Shown here piece by piece: positions 25,862 through 41,605 of a stretch of 64,000 bases of DNA. The position numbers and the translations under genes were made by a program. The notes under the pieces are model-generated. The model was not told where the DNA came from. It saw only the letters and a list, made by a program, of their open reading frames with translations, and ran no database searches. The DNA comes from Trichoplax adhaerens (Eukaryota > Animalia > Placozoa): NCBI RefSeq assembly GCF_000150275.1, contig NW_002060944.1:4096123-4160122 (forward strand), read 5' to 3'. How positions within the stretch are numbered: the stretch's first letter is position 1; the number at the start of each line of letters is the position of its first letter.

Positions 25862-26367
25862 AGGCCGGCCTTTTTCATACTTCTGTAAATGCTGGTAAGA
25901 AAACTTCTATGAAATAGTTGTAATTATATCCTCGTGCAAGGCTATTACAACAATGCAGTTAGCATGACAAATAGACATGTTTTACGGTTAGCAGCCAAAT
26001 TTCCAGTTAGAATTGAAAACCGAACTTCTATTCTAGTCTTTTCTAGTCACTTTAAGAATTGTTCATACAAAAACATGCTTCGCGGAAACGTCCAGAAATT
26101 AGTATGAAACAGGCCGAAAGGCCGATCTGTTTCATACAAATTCCTACTCCAACATTTCCGCGATGGATATTTTTGTATGGGCAATTTTTATCCATGACTA
26201 GAAAATGTGGTTGGTTACTAATTCTAGCTGGAAATTTGACTACTGACAGGAAAACATGTCTATTTGGCATGCTAACTGCATCGTTGTAACAGCCTTGTTT
26301 GAGGGTATAATTATAACCATTTCATAAAAGTTTTCTTACCAGGAATTAGTATGGAAAAGGCTGGCCT
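25862..26367. mobile_element. ~505-bp imperfect palindrome formed by two inverted ~250-bp MITE-like units
   Basis: 25862-26116 aligns along its whole length to the reverse complement of 26120-26367. For example, gcagttagcatgacaaatagacatgtttt pairs with aaaacatgtctatttggcatgctaactgc. Each half has its own short TIRs: aggccggcctttttcatac...gtatgaaacaggccg and ggccgatctgtttcatac...gtatggaaaaggctggcct. No transposase ORF is present. Confidence 0.75.
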
Positions 26368-27639
26368 GCCTCCACTTCACCTACACAGTGATGTCGTAAA
26401 TCTAGCGTAGCAGCAGCGTTTCGCAAATACGAAAATTTTGATGCTTGGAACCCAACCGACTACTTGATACTTGCAACCTAGCCAACCCTTACTTTTTATT
26501 TTCTCAGCCCAACCCGAACCCGAATACTGTCATGGCCATTGCGAAATGCTGCAGCATAGTTACAGTCTTACGACAGACTCTAGGCCGGCCTTAACCGGTA
26601 ACAGTCTTTAAGCAAGACTACGAAAAAAGAAAGAGTGACTGTAATAAAAGTGTCTCGCAATAGCTATCTTAGTCAAATGGTATTTTCTAAAAGGCTTTTT
26701 ATTATAAGATTTTAGGAATAGTAGAGCAATCATCCATTACTACAAGAATCTAGTCTAAAATCGAAAGTATTCCGAGATCAAAGCGAAGTGAAGTCTCTTC
26801 TCTCTCGTGAGCTCATCTCTGCAGCTCTCATGTACATTTCGTTCAATCCATTCAAGACAACTTGATCAATCTACAATCAGACACATGAGTTATCGAATAA
26901 AATACTTTTCTCAAAGAGTACATCATTATCTTCTACAATCGAAATCATTCTACTTAATTAAGATATCACAGCTCTTCTATGAACGTCTAGCGTCTTTCTC
27001 CGAAGGGCATCTTAACAACTACAGTGTTTCTAGCCACCTAAATGTTGTACCATAATTAGTCAACTGGCTACTATTAGTCATCAACAATTTCTAACATAGC
27101 CGTTGGCCATCATCTAATTTTAGCTTTACGATCATATCTATTCAGAGTAACCTAACTATATCAAACAGAGCTATCCTTATAATCTAATATGGATGCATCA
27201 CTGCAGAGCGGTAAAACCGTCTCTCTTTCTCTCTTTTTAGCGTCTACTGGCGACAGGACTACTAAAAAGGAAGAAAAAATGACGTAAAACCGTCTCTCCT
27301 TTTACTTCCTGGTGGTCCTTTCCTGACGACATTATTAGCAGGTTCCGACAGATTCCCGCCCCACCCATGCCAACACTATAGTACAGTAGAGTACCGTAGT
27401 ACAGCACTGTACACTATTGTAACAGAGAGGAAGCTTTTTATAGGAAGTTTCGAACCTTGGTCAATGAAAGCTATACTGTACTCTGTCTGCTTGGAACTCT
27501 ATATGAGCACATGTAAATTACACAGTACTAGAGGGCAAGAAATCGCTCTATCAATTTCTTCTGAAATTGCAGTCATAATAACAAATCTGCTCGTCGACAG
27601 GAAGGATCTACTTGCAATCTCTCAATCTACATTGGAAAC

Positions 27640-32972
<5,333 letters not shown>

Positions 32973-34167
32973 TCGAGACAGCTAGATTTCTAGAATGGAC
33001 GTGTAGTGTTTCAGAGATAGATAATGCTTTATGCAAGTAATAGTACCTCTACGTCTACTTAGTATTAAAAGTCTTTGCCTTAGCTGTAACTTCTTTCATA
33101 AGACGACTCTTTTAATTATTCAGACACCAGCTAACAATCAAAATCGAATTCAATAACGCTTGTTGCTACATAAATATGTTGCTAATTGTTGCATAAACTT
33201 TACAACGTATAGACGATGTGTTATAATTTTAGAACTTAATTTTATAGCGCATTTTGGAATATACGAATACGCATTAATGTGTTATTCGCTCATAACCATC
33301 ATATTCGTATCATATCGTATAACTACAATTACAATTAATGCTAGTATAACTCCTGCAATATATATCAACCAAATTATGGACGGTAGCATTCAATAGTATT
33401 TTTAAGTTTACATTTTATGTTCGATTCGATTTCCTTCAAATTTTTTTCTAACACTGTAATTACGTACATGCGGTATTATTACGAGCTGATTATCAATTAC
33501 GGTTTGTAATTTGTAATTCTGCAGATTCTGTATACTGCTTTCTTGTCGTGAAATAACGGTCACTTAATATTACAACTGCTTCTCTGATCAACTATCGTTA
33601 ACATGTTATGCACTCATCCGCACTGCTACATTTTAAGACGATGCAGTTCCTGAATTGCCAAAGGATTAAATGAAATAACTCAAACAAGGATCATCATTGA
33701 TTTCATTTTAAGTACTATATTATTATAAAAAGATCTGAGATTCTCGACCAGACTTTAACTTTTCTGCTACGAATCTATTTATAGTATCATGTACGAGTAT
33801 ATATGATCACTTATAGCCTACAAGGAAGGAATTAATGTACAGATACATTCGCAGTATTAATATTTATAGATAAACGCTCAAACACTAAAATATAGATTAA
33901 GCTCAATGTACGTGTATCGATGTTATACTTACGCACAAGAATTCGGAATGTTACAATCTTTACTGTCTGTAACTCTTCCCAGCCTAATGATGCTTCAAAC
34001 TGAAGACTTTGCCAAGATAACATATTAACAAGATGCCAAACTTAAACATTTGAAACAATCTTTTAGAAAACTGACGCACAATAACTTAAAAATCCTTTAT
34101 TTTCAATCTTAAAAGATCATAATAGATATGCTTGAGAACTCAATACTTATTAAAATTCACATTAACA

Positions 34168-34185
34168 ATATATATATATATATAT
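34168..34185. repeat. (AT)n microsatellite in the TMEM115 3' region
   Basis: Run of atatatatatatatatat. Confidence 0.8.
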
Positions 34186-34271
34186 CACTTCTTTTCCATG
34201 AACAAAAATATTATAGCGTCGCAAGTTGAGTTTATAGTTTCATATTGATGCAAGTATTGCTACTTGGAAGG

Positions 34272-36931
34272 TTATACTATATCGGTTGATTCTTCTTTTA
34301 TTCCTTCGGAATTGACTTCATTTACCGTTATTGTGCCACCGGTAGTAGCTTCCTCTACGTGACTTTCACCTCCAGGTTCATCTAAAGAAGGCCAACTACC
34401 AGACTGATCTACTCCACTTAATCTTTTGTCTAATTCCTTCAAAGCTAATTGCCTATGTCAATAAAGTAACTATATGTAAACACAAATTCGTGGACATAAC
34501 AAGCTAATATAATAATATTACGAACTACTCAGCACATATCCTAGTATAGAAAGTAAGAAGTTGTCGTACTTTCTCCGTTCTGCATCTGCAGGATCGATTC
34601 CTGGGAGGCTTATCGTCACTGAAGACGGTCCTCCAACGTTATAACGTCTGACTTGTTTTGGGCAAATCTTCATTGATATGAGTAGAAGAAATAAGCTATT
34701 TGAAAACCATTTTATCGGTGGCCTAGAAAAGTAGTCGGAAAGATACAAACCAATTTATTAATTTATCTAACATAAAGCACGTAAAAAATGTAAATTTACT
34801 GAATAACTTCAGGGAAAAAGGTAGCAAATGCAAATCCATCGGAAAAATCTCCTTTAGATTCATTGGCTTTCTTCTGCAAAAATCTTAAGTATATCCAGCC
34901 ATTGAGAAAACCGAAAAAAGCCATGCATAGATCGGACATATTTAAGACTTTTAACAGCGATAACGATGCCACGATACAAATTAGAATAATTGGAACGTGC
35001 TATAGGTTAAGACATTAAACAAAAATTTTTATCGTCATAAATATTTTTGCCTACAATGTTTTTAAATTGTATATATCATATAAGAAGTATTGCTTACTTT
35101 AGCTCTAACTGAAGAAGTTCTTAATGGAATAATTTTAACTTCGCTGTATGACTGCTTAAGCGCGACAGATAAGGCAAAAGTGGTTCCGATCAATCCACCG
35201 AAGCCAGTAAATCTTGAGAACAATCATGGATATTAATTTAAAAGTTGATAAAATTCGAGAAATGAAAGCGCTAGAGTTATATCACCTATAAATTAAACTA
35301 CATATAGATAAAATGTTCGTTTTAAGTTCACATACAAATAAGCACTTCTTTTACTAATTGCATACGCTATGATATAAGTCATAGCGGCACCACCAGTTAC
35401 TGTGGCATTGATCAAGCCAATAAATTTCTGTTCAAAAAGATATACGAATTAGAGTCGAATAGTTATCTAACGTTACTTAAATTATCAAAGATTATATTCA
35501 GAAATACTACTGAAACCATATACGAATATGAAACTATATCATGCAATAACATAACTGTACTTTACAAGTAATTATGTTATGCACTTTGAAATATATCCTA
35601 CCAAAAACTCAAGTGCTCCCCAAGATGGTTCAATAAGTTTACCAGCAGTTAATAATACGGCTATATCAATGATAACCTAAGATACCAAAGAAGATAATAC
35701 AGTAATAGTTATAACTACTGTCTCATTGCCAATGTGATAATTATACTTAAGGGTATATCAATTATTTTATACATTTGATGCAAACAATTACAAATCAACA
35801 TAACACACTAAGTTAAAAGAGCTGCAGTTTAATTAAATTAATTGCTATAGATACTGAATAATTAGTTACTATGATATCCTATTCAATGTTTAGTACATGA
35901 TTTCTAATAAGAATCTAAAACGTATCTACAAGTGTGAAGCTATTTTAGAAGGTGCATACTCTTTATAGCATAAAAATACCATTAAAAGCTAGTGTAAAGA
36001 CGATCTAGAGCTGGAATTATAACTTGTATTAACGTAATTTGTATTTACGAAAATGAAATAACAAAATTTCCAATGCTATACCATTACTACCAATTTTCTC
36101 ACAAAGTGTACACATACTATTTAAATACGTAGTATCTCAAGAGCTATAAAATTTTATTGCATATTAACATTTTAGCATTTATTGTAAACACAATTCTGTA
36201 AAAATTTTACCTTAACTATAGAGTTTTCTGTTAACCCAGCGGTAACTAACATCCACAAAGAGAAATTTGGTGGAATTAAGCTATAATTAATCAAATACAA
36301 TTACAATCGTCTTCAATCCTTCAAGTCAATAATAGCTTCACTGTAAAAATTATTATTCTTATTATTTTTATAATTTTATATAGCTTTTCAATACAGAATA
36401 TATGAGTGTAAACCATAACAAAATTTTTATTTTCATTCAGAATTGAGAGCTGTAAGTTTACAATTACAAAGGCATCATGCTTTGTTAACAGCGATATTTG
36501 AGTAATGCTGTACAGTATATATTACTGTAATAATAATTTAGCAGTTAGACTATCATGAAACTAATACATAACAACAACAACAATCACTCATATCTTTCTG
36601 CTTGCATCTATCAAAATACCTTTGCTACTGCTGTACTAAGAATACCGTGTCTAAAATATTTATAACTCACCGGCCTGGTGCCATCAAGAGTACTTTTTGC
36701 ACCGAAGGTATTAATGCCAAAAGATAGCAAGATATCACAGAAACAATAGCAGACTTGATTACAACGGATGAATTATTTACCGAAGATATCACGTAAGCCT
36801 TTTATCAAATAGAAAATGGGAAAAGAGTTTTTAATGTAAATTGCTGGGCGAATGAAAGTTTAAGATAGAGACCATCGCCTAGCCTAAACTCTGTCACTGC
36901 TAATGTCTATGTCAAAAAGATTAGCCATCAT
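34272..36931 (-). CDS. TMEM115: Transmembrane protein 115 (Golgi rhomboid-like pseudoprotease family), 9 exons
   Basis: Minus-strand exons 36931-36890, 36798-36671, 36280-36211, 35676-35602, 35427-35336, 35212-35098, 34999-34800, 34722-34570, 34452-34272. Motifs: LIPPNFSLWMLVT, AGKLIEPSWGALEF, VALKQ, WIYLRFLQ, GDFSDGFAFATFFPE, and VRRYNVGGPSSVTISLPGIDPADAERRKQLALKELDKRL. The first 42-nt exon is the least certain. Confidence 0.93.
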
Positions 36932-37826
36932 GAACACCAAGCACACTGTTTAGAACAGGAATGGGTGTACTACCGTATGTATTTACTGCACATTTGTCCA
37001 GTCATTACAGCCTTAAGCTTAGTACTTGACTACTTCTATCCTTATCCTACGAGTTTTTACTCAGTAAGTACCATAATTCAGGTAATATGCAAATCGGACA
37101 TTAAAATTACCTTGAAATTATTGCCAAAAGGAGAGCTATATTGTCCTGTCAAGGCTGCCATTTTCTCTTTTATGAGAGTATATCGTGATACGTATCTTCG
37201 TGTAGTCTGTCACAAATCTTACAAATTTGGATTTTTGGAAAGAATAGTATTATTACCGGTATATCTTGGACTTGGATTGATTGCCTGCTCTATAATCGCA
37301 ATTAATTCCAACTTGAAATTAAATCGATAGCACCATCTTGATCCAACCACTACCTTCCATTTCAGCAGCAGTCCAGTACTGAAAGCAGCTGCAAGCTTGT
37401 AGTTATACTTTGGTCTCGATACTGTAGCCTGATACTGTAATTATTACCAAGACTATGCATTACACTGCTTTGTAGTACAGTATATAGGATCGCCAACAGA
37501 TAGCTGGACAGAATGACGCTGTATTCTACAGTGTACAGTACAGTATTCTACAGTACTCATCGCTCAGCACGGTACATTGTACAGTACCGTATTGTACGCG
37601 TACTGTACATTCATCAATCATGACACGTTGCAAACTAAGGATATATTGGCCATAGAAGCAGTTGATATCTTGGATGTATACTAGGTACAGACTGGGTTAA
37701 GGACTACTACAACAGCACCTGGTTAGGCGATTGATTGATAAACCATCGAGTAATAGGACTGTATGATACAGATACCTCTACAAATTGAGACTGGATGAGT
37801 ATCCCTAGCAATGGAAAATGGCCTTA

Positions 37827-38239
37827 GTTTTAGAATGTTTTAACTTAATTTAACATTAAATTACTTTAGAACATGCTTGGAGTAATATTAAACTTGTTTG
37901 CATTTTGATGCATTGCAGCTCTTACAAGAAATCTAGAGTATAACAGTTTATGTTATACCCTATGCAGCCGTTGATTGTATGACCTCTTCTTAGTGGAGGA
38001 TAAATACCGCCATAGTGCAGCGTTTTTCTAGTTGTTTTAGCATGTTTTAACTTAATTTAACATTAAATTACTTCAGAACCTGCTTGGAGTAATATTAAAC
38101 TTGTTTGCATTTTATGCATTGCAGCTCTTACAAGAAATCTAGAGTACAACAGTATATGTTATACCATCTGCAGCCGTTGATTGTATGACCTCTTCTTAGT
38201 GGAGGATAAATACCGCCATAATGCAGCGTTTTTCTAGTT
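37827..38239. repeat. Recent tandem duplication of a ~207-bp unit between TMEM115 and ANKRD45-like
   Basis: 37827-38033 and 38034-38239 are nearly identical, with roughly ten differences by eye. The unit runs gttttag(a/c)atgttttaacttaatttaacattaaa...gcagcgtttttctagtt. Confidence 0.95.
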
Positions 38240-38754
38240 TAGTATGGCGCTATGCCAGCCAATTCTACCTGCGTGAAAATATATTCTCCACGGTGTAATT
38301 ATATCGTATAGTGTGTCGGGAAGTTCAGTGCCCACAGTGATAGAATCAAATTGAATTTAAATTTATTGGTTGACCGTATTAATTATATTAATTAAATTTT
38401 AATTGCGCTTACACACGATTATGGCTGTTACTCGTTGTAGCGTGGAAAAGCAGTCGCCAACAGACCACAGACACAGCTGTGGTAGTGGGATTTTAGTCAT
38501 ATTATCTTTTAAGGTTAGAACCGATCATAACCAAGAGATTGTTCGAAAATCTATTTTCTATTTTTCATTTTTAATAAAGAATCTCTGCCATAGTTTGCAG
38601 TGTAGGTGTATATTAACCGTAAGTAAATAGTCTAGTCAAGTTTGGTCAATACATTGTACCGAATAGTATCAGTGTACCCTACTAAAGCCTGTATGCTTAG
38701 GTGTCTTACGCGCATAATTTGTCAAATCTTTGCGCTATAGTATACAATTATGCA

Positions 38755-38768
38755 GTTGCTAAGGAGAC
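38755..38768. promoter_or_regulatory. RFX X-box
   Basis: GTTGCTAAGGAGAC (reverse complement GTCTCC-TT-AGCAAC) fits the X-box consensus RTHNYY-WT-RRNRAC. It lies ~200 bp upstream of the ANKRD45-like ATG. Confidence 0.6.
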
Positions 38769-38967
38769 GGAGAATGTTTTATTACTGCACTCAATTAGCC
38801 ACTGCTTAGTCTACTAATCGGAAATCTTCAATAGTAACTGCTATCCCTGATAGCAGCATACAGAATTAGCTAGAGTTGAGTGGAATTGCTTTTTTCTTTT
38901 TAAATAAACTCCATTAGAATATCAACGACTCTACCCAATTATCCTGTACAGTGTGCGTACATTGACT

Positions 38968-40891
38968 ATGGCAACTGAAATTATCAAAGCAGTCATATAT
39001 AATGATGCAGAAAAAATACAGCAATTCATAACCAATGAAGAAGGCGAGATTAATGGTGAATTATTGGATATTAGAGATGATGAAGGCAAATCTCCATTAG
39101 ATATAGCATGTATGTTAGGTAAAGTTGACGTCATTGAAGGCTTAATAGCAAATGGAGCAAATATGGATAGCATATCGAGCCAAGGTTAGAACATAAAAAT
39201 AAATCAGTAGCATAGTAATAAAATGATGCGATAACTGTTCTCGAAATGACATCATGACTAATTGTAAGATTGGACTATGTCAATACACGATCAATTATTA
39301 CATTGTATAACTCAATAATTAATTTGATATCGGTATGCTGTACGTTCCTATAAATACAAGATGGCCAATATGATGGAGCAGAAATCCTGTAGAGTAATAC
39401 ACTATTATTTCATCACAAAAATTGGATTTTTTTTTATCATTTATTCAAAAATTATTATGTAATTTACAATCGATGTAGGCAATACTGCTATGCATAGAGC
39501 TGCATCATGGGGAAGGATTGAATGTCTAAAAATCTTAGCCGAAAAGGGTGCAAACTTACATTTAAAAAACCTGAAAGGAGAATGCCCGCGTGATATAGCT
39601 AGACGTTATGGACATAGTGCGTGCTACGACTACTTAGTACGAGCAGGTATTTCATTTTTAAAATATATCATAATGTTATAATATTACTGAAGAGGTTCAA
39701 TTTTAATTATGCCACATTATTTATATGCGCCTATAATTAGCCATACGAAGAAATTATAAGTACAAAATGCTAGCGTATAATGAAACCCTAACAGATCATG
39801 ACCTAATCGCTGGAAAACTTAATAAAGACGATAGGGTAAGATATAAAGTAAGACCATACATCATTTACTAATATAGCTGAGAATCGGTAACACATTAGCA
39901 GTACATTAAATTTGTATGCAAGCTACTGATATACATTTTAGAAAACGTGCAAGATATTTTTTATATAACCACCATTCCCAGATATACTTACACTTTATTT
40001 AGTAATACTTTACCATATCTAGTACAATGTTTATTACTGTATTCAATGCGCAACAGAATAACTATTTAGTATGTGATTATCCCAAGTGCACTCATATTTG
40101 TGCTGGTATTATAATTAAATTTTAAAGATGAGAAGAATTACTATAACATGGCGATGATAACTATTGTTCCATCATATACATGATATATCAATAGACTTTA
40201 AATTCGTATGGTGCCTACAGTAATTATTACAAAATCTTCCTGGGCCAATGTACGAGCCTTATATAGTAATCCTGTACATCATATAACAACGATCTGAATA
40301 GCAATAACAATAAAACAAATAAATAATAAATTGGAGCTTTAAATTTATTGTGAAGCTTAAATGCGATTTTCTTACAGATACAAGCGGCAGCGTTATTTAA
40401 AACATTAACGGAATGGTACGAGAGCAATACAGATCCTATAATTGCCGAAGTGCAGGAACAAACGAAAGTATTGCTGGAAGGCGTACTTCCATTTATACGA
40501 AAACTAATACCTGAGAAAGGTAAATCATTAAAAGTGTAATACATGCAACTTGGAATATTCTACAAGTAGTAATATCGTATATTTAGTTCAATACTTTAAA
40601 AAAACTCAACTTATTGACACTTGCTATGTCATACTATACCATACAAAAGCTTTCTATTAAAAAATTATAGATATTATTTTAAACCTTTTATAAAGTGATG
40701 CTAAAATGAACATTTATGAAGTGAAGGCATAAACTATTACTTATCTTTCTTCTTGAACCACAATCAAAGTCAATTATGGTAACATTTCATTTTATTGTGC
40801 TTTTTCTCTCACAGTAAATAAGGAATTACTGCAAGAAATCAAGCAATACGAGGAAGATAGAGTTGCAGAACAAGTTTCTCAACAATCTTAG
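38968..40891 (+). CDS. ANKRD45: Ankyrin repeat protein, ANKRD45-like, 5 exons
   Basis: Exons 38968-39184, 39479-39646, 39741-39835, 40378-40519, 40815-40891. Ankyrin repeats GKSPLDIACMLG..GAN and GNTAMHRAASWGRIECLKIL..GANL..GECPRDIARRYGH are followed by a helical C-terminal region with TD...GKLNKDDR, as I recall for ANKRD45. Confidence 0.78.
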
Positions 40892-41605
40892 TAAATTTTG
40901 TAATATTTGCTTTGTACAATTATCTTATCAAACTTTAAATTACATTTTTTACTCATTTTACGACCTTTGATGTCATATAATGTAAAGCATCTATTACAAG
41001 TTCAGGCATTAACAAAGTTCATAAGTAAGTTGGCTTAATCGTACTATAATATATGTTTGTATGAAATTAAGAACTATCGAGGTAGCCAGAACGTATTTTA
41101 CTATTTAGTTATTATATTATAGTATTTATTTGAGTATGGACTAACAGCATGAATACAAGCGTTTACACAGCCCTGTCAAAATCTTTTCTGACGTCCAGCT
41201 ATGTACGATGTCTAAGAAAATAAACAATTTTCAAGTAACAGTATAAAAAATAAGGAGAATAAAGTACTCAGCAGGGAAACCTTTAAATCATTGCTGTAAT
41301 ACCTTAAGATTATGGGACACATTCCATAATTCAGGAATAAAAATCTTTAATAAAAATCGCCAGTTGGCCTTCAATTCTTACAATCGATTGGGCAGTAAAA
41401 ATGATTAATTAGTTATTGAAAGACCATGAACTACAAATAATACACATAGGATACAGTGGATATTGCATTTTTCCCATATTACTATCTAGTTTTAGAGTCT
41501 ATTTCTATTGAAGAACGCTAAGCAACGACGCCAATAATTCTCACGTACGAACACTTTTCAGTTTGGCTTAAGCGATTGGTACTTTTTTAGATTATTCCAT
41601 ACATC

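Noticed and set aside
26102-26137. GGCCGAAAGGCC hairpin resembling hammerhead ribozyme stem II
   Set aside because: The CUGANGA and GAAA core nucleotides are not in the required positions on either strand. The hairpin is explained by two abutting TIRs at the palindrome centre.
24272-27055. Several 60-100-aa ORFs between CACHD1-like and NAMPT
   Set aside because: No splice-consistent chain or recognisable domain. ORFs 26052-26270 and 26059-26289 lie inside the palindrome, and no transposase motifs are present.
36965-37330. 121-aa plus-strand ORF
   Set aside because: Non-ATG start, no recognisable motifs, and it lies antisense in the TMEM115 5' region; likely chance.
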